Assembly (NCBI GenBank): GCA_963850905.1
Contig: CAWKMU010000003.1
Span: 320,001-384,000, forward strand
Direction: 5' to 3'
Source: an uncultured Gemmatimonadales bacterium
Lineage (GTDB): Bacteria > Gemmatimonadota > Gemmatimonadetes > Gemmatimonadales > Gemmatimonadaceae
DNA length: 64,000 bases
Part shown: positions 11,060 to 21,556 of the stretch, piece by piece
Numbering within the stretch: the stretch's first letter is position 1
How the letters are laid out: the number at the start of each line of letters is the position of its first letter
The notes under the pieces: generated by a model
Told to the model about the DNA's origin: nothing
The model's input: the letters and a program-made list of their open reading frames with translations, nothing else
Database searches by the model: none
Made by a program: the position numbers and the translations under genes

Positions 11060-12259
11060 TCAGGACCCACCGTTGTGTTTGACCCAAGATTCCAAACCCC
11101 CCAACGGATCGTCGCGATTTCCCCGCGCAATCCCAATGATCCGCTGCACCGCGACCCGGAGGTCGTCGTTGGACGCATGATACACAGCGTCGAATTGATC
11201 CAGGTCCGTCAGATAGATGCGTCGAGCCAGTAGCGCCGCGTTGTCGAGGCGGGCACGCGCGAGCGCCTCGACGGGAATCGTTCGAATGCGCTGGGGGAGA
11301 CTCGTCGTGAGGGAGTCACGCGCGTGGCGAAAGATCGTGTCGCGCGCGGCGAGCCGAGTGGCGCGCGACACACTGTCCTCGCCAGGGTGAGCCCGAAACG
11401 CGGAATCCAGCTGATCGAACACCTGCCGCCAGAACGCCCCCAACGTCTTCTCATCGGCCCACCGCGCCGCAGCCTGCCGCTCCAGTGCCGTGTCACCGCG
11501 GGATCGGAAGAACTGCTCTGCGCCACGGGCACCGACGAAATTCGCGAACGACTCGTTGAACACGGTCTGGCCGCTGGCGTAGAACGTGTTGTGCGTCGTC
11601 TCGTGAATGACCGTGTTCGCCAGCTCGATGGAATCGTCGCCGAGCGATGTCGAGACGACCGGATCGTCGAACCAGCCGAGGGTGCTGAACGCGGGCGAGG
11701 GGCGCACATAGGCATCGAGCCCGAGGCGATGCAGATCGGTCGCCGCCCGAACCGCCGCCTGGAAATCGAAGTACCCTTTGTAGGGGACGCGTCCGACGAT
11801 CGGGAACCACCACGTGATCGGCAGCAGCCGATCGCGGTACGCGCCCGAAAGCACGAGCACCAGGGTGTCGTGCTCCAGCTTCGTGTAGGTGCTGAAGCTG
11901 CCCTTGACCCGCAACCCGATCGAATCCGCGGCGAACGCACGCGCAGCGCGCACGAGTTCGAGCTGCGCCCGAACGTGTGACGGTGTGTGCGGATCGGCGA
12001 TGACGGCATCGATCGGACGACGACGGGCGAGGATGTGCGCCTCCGCCCACGCCGCGCGCACCAGATAGCGCACGGTCGGGCTCACGATCGATCCGGCTGC
12101 CAGCACCAGCGCGAGCCCGGCCCCCACGGCACATCCAGCACGACCTGCGCGACTCTTCGGCCGCAGGAACGACTCACCCGTCACAAGTTCACGCACGCGC
12201 GCTGTATCGCGCCCCGAGAAAGTAGCACCACAAAAGGTAGACAGTAGCGCCGCCCGCAA
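11060..12259 (-). CDS. secreted zinc-dependent putative aminopeptidase (start uncertain, probably downstream of 12259)
   Basis: WWFPIVGRVPYKGYF, AFSTLGWFDDP, IHETTH (HExxH), FNESFA; N-terminal hydrophobic segment. Confidence 0.8.
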   Translation of the reverse strand: MRAALLSTFCGATFSGRDTARVRELVTGESFLRPKSRAGRAGCAVGAGLALVLAAGSIVSPTVRYLVRAAWAEAHILARRRPIDAVIADPHTPSHVRAQLELVRAARAFAADSIGLRVKGSFSTYTKLEHDTLVLVLSGAYRDRLLPITWWFPIVGRVPYKGYFDFQAAVRAATDLHRLGLDAYVRPSPAFSTLGWFDDPVVSTSLGDDSIELANTVIHETTHNTFYASGQTVFNESFANFVGARGAEQFFRSRGDTALERQAAARWADEKTLGAFWRQVFDQLDSAFRAHPGEDSVSRATRLAARDTIFRHARDSLTTSLPQRIRTIPVEALARARLDNAALLARRIYLTDLDQFDAVYHASNDDLRVAVQRIIGIARGNRDDPLGGLESWVKHNGGS

Positions 12260-12428
12260 ACGGTCCGTGGAAGGGCGGGTATGGGCGACGCAAGGCGTCG
12301 CCCGCGGAAAGGAGACGGACCGGCGAGAGTCGTGTTCGACTCTCGCCTTCTGGCTCTCTGCGCTCGACGGCGCGCGAGCGCTCGCCGCGCTCGCGCGCCC
12401 TCGCCACGGCAGCTAGTTTGCAATCCCC

Positions 12429-15400
12429 ATGGGATTCGTCCATCTCCATTGTCACTCGGAGTATTCCCTCCTCGACGGCGCCAACCGGATCGATGACCTG
12501 ATCGAGCGGGCTCTGGAGTTCGAGCAGCCCGCGCTCGCCATCACCGATCACGGTAACATGCACGCGGCCTGGGAGTTCCAGGAAAAGGCCAAGAAGGCCA
12601 AGCTCAAGCCCATCATCGGGATGGAGGCGTACGTGGCGCCTGGCGACCGGCGCGCCCGCCAACGGCCCCTCCCCGGCGTCAAGCCGTACTTCCATCTCGT
12701 CGTCCTGGCACAGAACGCCGTCGGCTACCAGAACCTCGTCAAGCTGTCATCGCTCGGATACCTCGAGGGCTTCTACTCCAGGCCACGAGTCGACCGGGAA
12801 CTGCTCACGAAGTTCGGCGAGGGGCTCATCATCTCGTCGGCCTGCATGGCGGGGGAGGTCGCGGCCCATCTGCTGGCACGCGAGTACGACGCCGCCCAGG
12901 AGGCGGCGGCCTGGTACGCCAACGCATTCCCGGGTCGCTACTACCTCGAGGTCCAGGCGCACAACTCGCCGGGCCAACGCGAGCTCAATGAGCAGGTCTT
13001 CCGCCTCGCCGCGGAGCTGGGGCTCCCCGTCATCGCGACGAACGACGCGCATTTCCTTCGCCGCGAGGACCACGACGCCCACGACGTCCTCCTGTGCATC
13101 GGCCTCGGAAAGGATCGCGCCGACGCGGACCGCATGCGCTACGATCGCGGGCTGTACTTCAAGAGCGCCGGCGAGATCGCCGCACACTTCCCGGACCATC
13201 CCGAGGTGCTCTCGCACACCCTCGAGATCGCGGACCGGGTCGACATCCCCTTCTCCAAGACGTACCGCGTCCCCTCCTTCCCGCTGCCAAGCGGCGTCGA
13301 GTCGGAGAACGCGCTACTGGTGCAACTGGCGACCGAGGGCGCGAAGAACCGCTACGGAGATCCGCTGCCGGATGCGGCCCGCGAGCGACTGGAGTATGAG
13401 CTCGGTGTCATCACCAAGACGGGCTACGCCGGCTACTTCCTGATCGTCGCCGACTTCATCAAGGCCGCGCGCGACCAGGGGATCCCCGTTGGGCCGGGCC
13501 GAGGATCGGCTGCCGGCTCGCTCGTCGCGTATGCCCTTCGCATCACCAATGTCTGTCCTCTCAAGTTCGATCTGCTCTTCGAGCGATTTCTCAATCCCGA
13601 ACGGATTTCGATGCCGGACATCGACGTCGACTTCTGCTTCGAGCGACGCGGTGAGGTGATCGAGTACGTCCGGCAGAAGTACGGCCGCGATTCGGTGGGA
13701 CAGATCGTCACGTTCGGGACACTCAAATCCCGCGCGGCGATCAAGGACGTTGGTCGGACGCTGGGCTTCACGCCAGCCGAGACCGACGCGCTCGCCAAGC
13801 TCGATCCCCAATCAGCCCAATTACTCGCTGACGATTCGGGAGGCGACCGAGCAGATCTCCGAGATTCGCCGTCTGTACGAAGGCGATGAGCGGTACCGGC
13901 AGCTGCTCGATTACGCCATGGCGCTCGAAGGGCTGGCTCGCCACTCGGGCGTCCACGCAGCGGGCGTCGTCATCGCGCCGGGGCCGCTCGACGATTACGT
14001 GCCCGTGTTCACGACGACGACGAAAGGAGCTGGCAGTACGGCGGTCCGATTTGGCGATCGCGCCGGCGAGCGGGCCGAGGACGAGACGGTCGTGGTGACG
14101 CAGTACGACATGAACGCGCTGGAGAAAGTCGGTCTGCTCAAGATGGACTTCCTCGGCTTGACGACGCTGACCGTCCTCTCCGACGCGGTCGCGTCGATCC
14201 ACGCGCGCACAGGCACGCACATCGATCTCGATTCGCTGCCACTCGACGACGACGCCACGTACCGGATGCTCCGCAGCGGCCGGACTGGCCGGCGTCTTCC
14301 AGTTCGAGTCGCCACTGGCAACCGATCTGTTGCGCAGCATGCGATGCGACCGGTTCGACGACCTCGTGGCCTCCAACGCACTCATGCGCCCAGGCCCGCT
14401 CGATACCGGCATGCACCGGGTCTTCATCCGCCGCAAGCGCGGCGAGGAGCCGGTCTCGTATCCGCTGCCGGAGCTCGAGCCGATCCTCGAGAGTACGCTC
14501 GGCGTGATCACCTATCAGGAACAGGTGATGCGAATCGCCCAGGTCCTGGCCGGCATCTCGCTCGCGGAAGCCGACGTCCTGCGCAAAGCGGTCGGCAAAA
14601 AGGATCCCGAGCTGATCCGCTTGGAGCTTGGCAAGTTCGTCGAGAAGGCCGTCGCCCGCGGGCTTCCGCGCCCGGTCATCACCGAGATCGCGGCGCAGAT
14701 CGAGACGTTCGGACGCTATGGGTTCAACCTCTCGCACAGCGTCGCGTACTCGATCCTGTCGTACCAGACCGCGTGGCTCAAGACGCACAATCCCGCCGAC
14801 TTCATGGCGGCGCTGCTCTCGTCACAGATCGGCGACACGGACGCAGTGGTCAAGTACATCAATGAAGCCCGCGAGGTTGGACTCGAGGTCCTGCCACCGG
14901 ACGTCAACGAGTCGGGCTATCGCTTTACCGTGGTTGCCGACCGCCGGTTGCGCTTCGGACTCGGCGCAATTCGCAACGTCGGGCGCGCCGCGATCGAATC
15001 GATCGTCGCCGCCCGGACGGTTGCACCGTTCACCTCACTCTTCGACCTGTGCGCGCGCGTCGACCTGCGCATGTGCAACAAACGAGTCTTCGAGGCCCTG
15101 GTCCATGCCGGCGCCCTCGACTCGCTCGGTGGGCACCGGGCCCAATATCTCGCCGTCCTCGATCACGCCCTGCAAGAGGCCGCTCTCCGTCAGCACGAGG
15201 CGACTACGGGCCAAGGCTCGCTGTTTGGCGCCCCGCCGGCCGACGACCAAGCGAGCTCAACAGCTGAGCACTCTGCTCCCACCCTCCCCTCCATGGCGCC
15301 ATTGCCGGAAACGGAGCGCCTGGCGAGGGAGAAAGACGCCCTCGGATTCTACGCGTCCGGGCATCCCCTCGAGCCCTTCCGAACGGAGGCCGAGCTGTTC

Positions 15401-15967
15401 GCGACCCACACCGTCGCACAGCTCGGCAACTGGGTCAACGGGCCTCTCAAGCTGGCAGTGGTGGTCACCGCGATCAAACGCCAGGTTAGCAAGCGGTCAG
15501 GGGCCGAGTTTGCCCGGTTGACAGTGGAGGATTTTTCGGGATCTTCCGAGGTACTAGTGTTTCCGGAGGCCTGGGCGGCGCTGTCCGATCGGGTCCGGCC
15601 GGAGGTACCAGTCCTGCTCGAGGGCGGGTATTCGAGACGCGATCAGGGAGGCGACAATCCAACTTTTATCGTCGAAGCGATAACGAAACTGACCGAGCTG
15701 CGCACAAACGGCCGCGTCGTCGTGGCCATTGATCTCGACCCGGCGATGACCGGGCCCGCGCTGTCTCCGCACGTGATGGTCGATGTTCGCGCGGTCGCCG
15801 AAGCCTATCCCGGCTCCGCACCGCTGGAGGTGCGGTGGAGCGATGGCAATGGGGTGCGGGTCCGATTCCGTTCGAGTTCCGCAGCCGTCAGCGCATCACC
15901 GGCAGCCCTCAATGATCTCCGGGCGCTCCTGGGCTCCGAGCGCGTACGCCTTGTGCGTGCGAATTGA
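12429..15967 (+). CDS. dnaE: DNA polymerase III alpha subunit (2 apparent frameshifts at ~13802 and ~14286)
   Basis: FVHLHCHSEYSLLDG PHP domain, GPGRGSAAGS, ERFLNPERISMPDIDVDF, LLKMDFLGL, YGFNLSH, OB fold. Confidence 0.97.
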
Positions 15968-16076
15968 TGCCGTGAGCGATTTGCCACTTCTAATGATTGG
16001 CGTTCGCCGTTGGCGAACCACGTTCGCACGGCCCCTCGGGTCGCGCGTCGTTCGCGCGTCCTGAACGACAGGCCAT

Positions 16077-17052
16077 ATGGCTACATCCGCTAACACCCTC
16101 GAATTCGAGCGTCCCATCGTCGAGCTGGAGCGACAGATCGACGAGTTGAAGAAGATGGCGGGTGATCAGCAGTTGCATGTGAGCGACGAGATCGCCCCGC
16201 TGGAGCGCAAACTCACTGAGCTGCGATCCGAGATCTACCGCAACCTGACGCCATTCCAGCGCGTGCAAGTCGCGCGAAGCAGTAGGCGGCCGTTCACGCT
16301 CGACTACATCCGCCTCGCTCTCACCGACTTCATCGAGCTGCACGGCGACCGCGCATTCCGCGATGACGCAGCCATCATCGGCGGCTGGGCCCGTCTCGAC
16401 GGCGAGACGGTCATGGTGATCGGGCACCAGCGCGGCCGCGATGCGAAGGAGAATCTGCACCGCAACTTCGGCATGCCCCACCCCGAGGGATACCGGAAGG
16501 CGCTGCGCCTCATGAAAATGGCCGAGAAGTTCCACGTGCCCGTGATCACCTTCATCGACACGCAAGGCGCGTGGGCGGGACTGGGCGCCGAAGAGCGAGG
16601 CCAGTCGGAGGCCATCGCACGCAACCTGTACGAGATGAGCCGGCTCGAGGTGCCCGATCATCGCGACGGTCATCGGCGAGGGTGGATCCGGCGGCGCGCT
16701 CGCGCTGGGCGTCGGCGACCGGGTGCTCATGCTCGAGAACGCCGTCTATTCCGTCATCACCGTCGAAGGCTGCGCGATCATTCTGTGGAAGGACGGCAAG
16801 AGTCCTGGAGATGCGCGAAAAGGCGGCGGCCGCGCTTACACATCACCGCGCAGGACTTGCTCGAGCTGCGGGTGGTCGATGAGATCGTGCCCGAGCCCGC
16901 CGGCGGAGCCCAGGCCGACCATGAGGTCATCGTCCAAGACGCTGCAGCAGGCTCTCGTCCGGAACCTGGACGACCTCAGACACCTCAAGCCCGATAAACT
17001 CGTCCGCCGCCGCCGCGAGAAGTATTTTAGGATGGGGCAGTTTTCTGAGTGA
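16077..17052 (+). CDS. accA: acetyl-CoA carboxylase carboxyltransferase alpha (4 apparent frameshifts)
   Basis: [48 protein letters not shown]. Confidence 0.95.
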
Positions 17053-17083
17053 TGGAACAACTCTCTAAGTAGGGCCTAACGGC

Positions 17084-17199
17084 GGGGTCAGGGATCAGGG
17101 GTCAGGGATCAGGGAACTGCACCCGAGGCCAGTCGTCCGTTGCCACTGCTGGCCGCTGCGGTTCGTTCCCTGACCCCTGGCCCCGACCCCTGATCCCTG
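17084..17199. repeat. inverted heptamer-repeat arms (GGGGTCA/GGGATCA versus TGACCCC/TGATCCC) forming a long hairpin
   Basis: 4 heptamers on the left, complementary heptamers on the right; inner GAACTGCA/TGCGGTTC and GGCCAG/CTGGCC also pair. Confidence 0.7.
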
Positions 17200-17205
17200 G
17201 CTTTT

Positions 17206-18630
17206 ATGCATCTGATCGAAGTCGCATTCAAAGGCAATCGCAAAGAGTTCTACGCCTGGGAGGGCGAGGAGCCGCCGGCGGTCCGTGCCTCGATCATTGT
17301 CGAAGCAGACCGGGGTGAGGACCTGGGCGTCGTGCACGCGGTGGGTGAGCACGCACAAAAGCGCTGCGTCGGGTGCTCGCACGGGCTGGGGTCGGGCGAG
17401 CCAACCCGTAAGGCGTTGCGCGTCGCCTCGACCCGCGAGGTCCGGCAGCATCGAGAGGTCCGCGCGCAGGACGAAACCGCCCGCCAAAAAGCTACGGGCC
17501 TGGTCAAGACGCATGGCCTCGTGATGAAGCTGTCGGACGCCGAATGGCAGTGGGACCGCAAGAAGCTCACGTTCTACTTCACCGCCGACAAACGCGTCGA
17601 CTTCCGGGACCTGGTCCGGGACCTCGCCGCGACGTTCCGCGCGCGGATCGAGCTGAAGCAAATCGGCGTCCGCGACGAGGCGAAGCGACTGGACGGCGTT
17701 GGACGCTGCGGCCGGCAGTTTTGTTCCGCGTCATGGCTCCCCGAGCTTCGCCCAGTCAACCTCGGCGTGGCCAAGGACCAACATCTCTCGCTCAACCCCT
17801 CGCAGATCTCCGGCGCCTGCGGGCGGCTCATGTGCTGTCTGCGCTATGAGCACGAGTTCTACGTCGAGAGTCGCAAGCGATTTCCCAAGGAGGGGAAGAC
17901 CCTGGTCACGGCCCAAGGCGAGGAAAAAGTCGTCGCCAACGAGATTTTCAATGAACGGGTCACGCTCCGCTCTGCGGACGGAGAGAGCCGGGTCATCTCC
18001 CTGACCCAGCTGCGGCGCGAGCTCGGTGCTGCCGGCCAGCCGCTCGCCGGCGCCGAGACTTCGGCAGGGGATTCGGCTGACCTGGCCGCGGCATCAGCCG
18101 AGTCGAGTGAGTTGGAATCAGAGCTCGTCAGCGAGGTGACCGAGTCATACGAGAGTGTCGACACGTTCGATCTTGAGGTCGAAGAGCCTCCCGTCGCTGA
18201 TCGCCGCGGAAGCGACGAGAGCGGCCCGCAGCGACCGGGCTCTCGAGCCGCTGGCCCGGGGGCCGCCGGCCGCGGTGATTGGACCCCACGGTCGCGCACG
18301 GGTGGCGATCGTCGAGGCCAGAGTCGCGAGACACCAGCGGCGCCCGATCCTCGTACTCCAGCGGCCACTCAGGCGACCGGCGCATTGGACACGCCATCGC
18401 CCGGGTCGGTCGCCCAATCGCCCGCCCAACCTGACGAGCCAGCCGCGGCGGGTAATGCCCCGCGCCGTCGTCGAGGACGTCGCGGCGGCCGCCGCGGACG
18501 CGGGAAGGGGGGTGGGGGTGGGAACGGCAATGCCTCGTCTGGACCCGACGGGCAGAACCCGCCGGACGGTTCGTCCGGCACGTCTGCGGGTGGGGAGCCG
18601 CCGCAGTCGCCGCCATCGGGCGCGTCGTGA
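17206..18630 (+). CDS. ricT: PSP1/RicT (YaaT)-family protein with long disordered C-terminal tail
   Basis: FYFTADKRVDFRDLV, RIELKQIGVRDEA, GRCGRQFC, ISGACGRLMCCLRYE; adjacent to metG. Confidence 0.88.
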   Translation: MHLIEVAFKGNRKEFYAWEGEEPPAVRASIIVEADRGEDLGVVHAVGEHAQKRCVGCSHGLGSGEPTRKALRVASTREVRQHREVRAQDETARQKATGLVKTHGLVMKLSDAEWQWDRKKLTFYFTADKRVDFRDLVRDLAATFRARIELKQIGVRDEAKRLDGVGRCGRQFCSASWLPELRPVNLGVAKDQHLSLNPSQISGACGRLMCCLRYEHEFYVESRKRFPKEGKTLVTAQGEEKVVANEIFNERVTLRSADGESRVISLTQLRRELGAAGQPLAGAETSAGDSADLAAASAESSELESELVSEVTESYESVDTFDLEVEEPPVADRRGSDESGPQRPGSRAAGPGAAGRGDWTPRSRTGGDRRGQSRETPAAPDPRTPAATQATGALDTPSPGSVAQSPAQPDEPAAAGNAPRRRRGRRGGRRGRGKGGGGGNGNASSGPDGQNPPDGSSGTSAGGEPPQSPPSGAS

Positions 18631-20175
18631 ACCGACCGTTCTACATCACCACCGCGATCGACTACGCGAATGGTGACCCGCACCTGGGCCATGCGATAGA
18701 GAAGATCGGCGCCGATACCATCGCGAGATACCACCGGCTCCGCGGCGACGCCGTGCACTTCCTGATCGGGATGGACGAGCACGGGCAGAAGGTGGCCCAG
18801 GCCGCCGGCGCCCAGGGGCTTTCGCCGCAGGCGCTCACGGACCGCGTGGCCGACGTCTTCTCGGCCACGTGGGAACGACTCCGCATCTCGAACGATCAAT
18901 TCATCCGCACCACAGCGCCCGAGCACCGCGCGGGCGTCCGCTCGCTCATCGAGCGGATCTTTGAGCGATCGCCGGACGATTTCTATCAGAAGACGTACTC
19001 GGGCTGGTATTGCGTGGGATGCGAGGCATTCAAGACGGAGGCCGAAATCTCGGAGGGGCACTGCGTGCTGCACCCCACCCGAACGCTCGAGTGGGTCGAA
19101 GAGCGGAACTGGTTCTTCCGCCTCAGTCGCTACACGGACTTCCTCCGCGCGCATTTCGCCGAGCATCCGGCATTTCTGGCCCCCGAGAGCCGCCGCAACG
19201 AGATCCTGGCTCTCCTCGACGGAGGGCTGGAGGACATCTCAGCCAGCCGGGCACGCTTGGGGTGGGGCATCCCCTTTCCGCGGCCCACGAGTGACGGCGA
19301 GCCGCAAACGACCTATGTCTGGTTTGACGCTCTCCCCAACTATCTGACCGCGACCGGGTTCCCCGACCCGGGCTTCGGCACGCGATGGCCGGCGCAGCTC
19401 CACGTGATCGGCAAGGACATTACCCGTTTCCATTGTGTGATCTGGCCGGCGATGCTCCGCGCGGCCGACCTGCCCCTGCCGGAGCGCGTGTGGGCCCATG
19501 GCTTCGTGACGCTGGCGAGCGGCGAGCGATTCAGCAAATCCGCCGGCGTCCGGGTGGAGCTCCCGGAAGCCATCGATCGTCACGGCGCGGACGCGTTCCG
19601 CTACTTCATGCTCCGCGAGATCCCCTTCGACGCCGACGGCGCATTCTCCTGGGAGCGCTTCGACGAGCGATACACCGCGGACCTGGCCAACGCATTCGGC
19701 AATCTGCTGAGCAGAACTGTCGCGATGATAGAGCGATACTGCGGCGGTACTGTTCCATCTGGCAGGCCGAATGAGGTCGATATCGCGGATTCGGGCGATT
19801 ACGACCGCTATCGCCAATCCATGGATGGTGGCCGCGGGTACCTGCTCCACGAGGCGCTGCGACATGTCTGGTCCACGGTCGCGCGAGGCAACGAGTACGT
19901 CGACCGCCAGGCGCCCTGGAAGCTGGCAAAGGATCCTGCGCAGCGGTCGGCACTCGACGCCGTGCTGGCCACGCTGGTGCGCCAGTTGGCGCGCCAGGCC
20001 ATCCACCTCGCGCCATTCATGCCCGACCGCGCCGAGGAGGTCTGGCGCCAGCTCGGCGCCCCCGGGTCCGTCCACGACCAACGCTTGGGCGAGCTGGCCG
20101 CGCCCCTCGATCCCACGGGGTGGAAGGTGGTGCGCGGGCGACCCGTTGTTTCCAAAGGTGGAAACGGCGGCCTGA
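18627..20175 (+). CDS. metG: methionyl-tRNA synthetase, short form (1 apparent frameshift at ~20135)
   Basis: FYITTAIDYANGDPHLGH, GMDEHGQK, YVWFDAL, GKDI, RFSKS; corrected end GDPLFPKVETAA*. Confidence 0.95.
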
Positions 20176-20206
20176 GAGGCCGCGGCACTACAACGGCTCT
20201 TGCCAC

Positions 20207-20350
20207 CCGGCGGGTAGGGGCGACGCAATGCGTCGCCCTACGGTCCGGCGAACGACGCCGAATTTCGGACCCCCGTGCCCCCGACGCGCCGGAACCGTGG
20301 TCGGTTGCGCCAAACGGCGGGCGACGCATTGCGTCGCCCCTACCCGCCGG
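20207..20350. repeat. REPIN-like doublet: two inverted REPs with GTAG ends facing outward
   Basis: CCGGCGGGTAGGGGCGACGCAATGCGTCGCCC ... GGGCGACGCATTGCGTCGCCCCTACCCGCCGG, perfect 32-bp inverted arms. Confidence 0.9.
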
Positions 20351-20599
20351 TCCTCAAATATCGGAGGCGTTCCCAGACACCTGATCTGACCCCGCGTTCG
20401 TCTTCGCCACGCCATTACGCCCCTGGTCATATCCATCACTTTCTACCCATCCCGTCTCGGACCAAGACGGGAGACGGCGGGCCTGACTCCCATCGTATCC
20501 CCGCGGGGCGTGGCGCCTCTTGTCACGGCTCGCCAGGCGCTGCTTGGCTTTTTGGCGTTCCTGGCCCGGTGGGGATTCCGTTGATCGGAGGGGCTCGCG

Positions 20600-21442
20600 A
20601 TGGCGGGTCGGAGTTGGACGGTTGTGGTGGTGCCGAGGGGGAGCGACGCACCCCGCACGCTCGAGATCACGGAACGGGGAGTCAAGCGGACGCTCTGGAC
20701 GCTCGGCGTACTCGCGGGCGTTGGCATCGCCGCCATCGCGGTGATGGCCATCCGCCTCAGCACTATGCCGGTCTTTGCGGCCTTCTTGACCCCCGCCGAC
20801 AAGCAGCTGGCCGACCTCCGGAGCCACATGGCCGAGCTCCGCGACACGATCGCGATCATTGACAAGCGCGACGCGGACATCCGGCTGCTGGCGGGGCTGC
20901 CCGATCCGGACTCCGGTCTCATCGTGGCGCAGTTGCCGCTGGATGTCGACACGCTGATCGAGCGTGCAAATGCCCTCTCCGCAAACTTCGCCGCGGTCTC
21001 GACGACACTGTCCAAGAACAACGCGCGGCTGTCCGCCACGCCGTCCATCATGCCGACCCGCGGATGGCTCTCCAGTCAGTTCTCACTCGCGCGCTTCCAT
21101 CCGATTCTGCACCGCACGCGCCCGCATGAGGGCATTGATGTCGCGGCGCCGTACGGTGCGCCGGTTGTCGCACCCGCCGCGGGGACCGTGACGCGGATCA
21201 GTCGCCAGACGGGCTATGGGCTCGTGCTCGACATCGACCACGGCAACGGGATTGCGACCAAGTACGCGCACCTTTCACGGATCGTAGTGCGTGAAGGTCA
21301 GCACGTCGTTCGTGGCCAGCCGATCGCCGCCGTCGGAAACAGCGGCCTCTCCACTGGCCCGCACCTGCACTACGAAGTGCACGTGAACGGCAAGGTCGTG
21401 GACCCGCTGACCTACGTGCTGCCTGGGGCAATACCGGATTAG
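20600..21442 (+). CDS. M23 family metallopeptidase with N-terminal TM helix
   Basis: HEGID, YAHL, GNSGLSTGPHLHYEV. Confidence 0.92.
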   Translation: MAGRSWTVVVVPRGSDAPRTLEITERGVKRTLWTLGVLAGVGIAAIAVMAIRLSTMPVFAAFLTPADKQLADLRSHMAELRDTIAIIDKRDADIRLLAGLPDPDSGLIVAQLPLDVDTLIERANALSANFAAVSTTLSKNNARLSATPSIMPTRGWLSSQFSLARFHPILHRTRPHEGIDVAAPYGAPVVAPAAGTVTRISRQTGYGLVLDIDHGNGIATKYAHLSRIVVREGQHVVRGQPIAAVGNSGLSTGPHLHYEVHVNGKVVDPLTYVLPGAIPD

Positions 21443-21478
21443 AGGCTAGACGCTAGACGCTGGACGCTGGAGACAAAC

Positions 21479-21517
21479 CTCGAGGGCCAGCTACAGGTCG
21501 CGTAGCTGGCCCTCGAG
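21479..21517. terminator. perfect 16-bp hairpin between convergent genes, flanked by CTAGACG/CGTCTAG heptamers
   Basis: CTCGAGGGCCAGCTAC-AGGTCGC-GTAGCTGGCCCTCGAG; U-tract weak. Confidence 0.6.
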
Positions 21518-21556
21518 CTATCTCCAACGTCTAGTATTTGCGTCTAGCGTCTAACG

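Noticed and set aside
14010..14095. Intein in dnaE
   Set aside because: Insertion is only about 25 aa and lacks splice motifs (C/S start, HN end)
1571..20175. Mass pseudogenisation or programmed frameshifting of core genes
   Set aside because: Essential genes (dnaE, metG, accA) with intact motifs, only +1 insertions at wobble positions and no slippery sites; best explained as a consensus artefact
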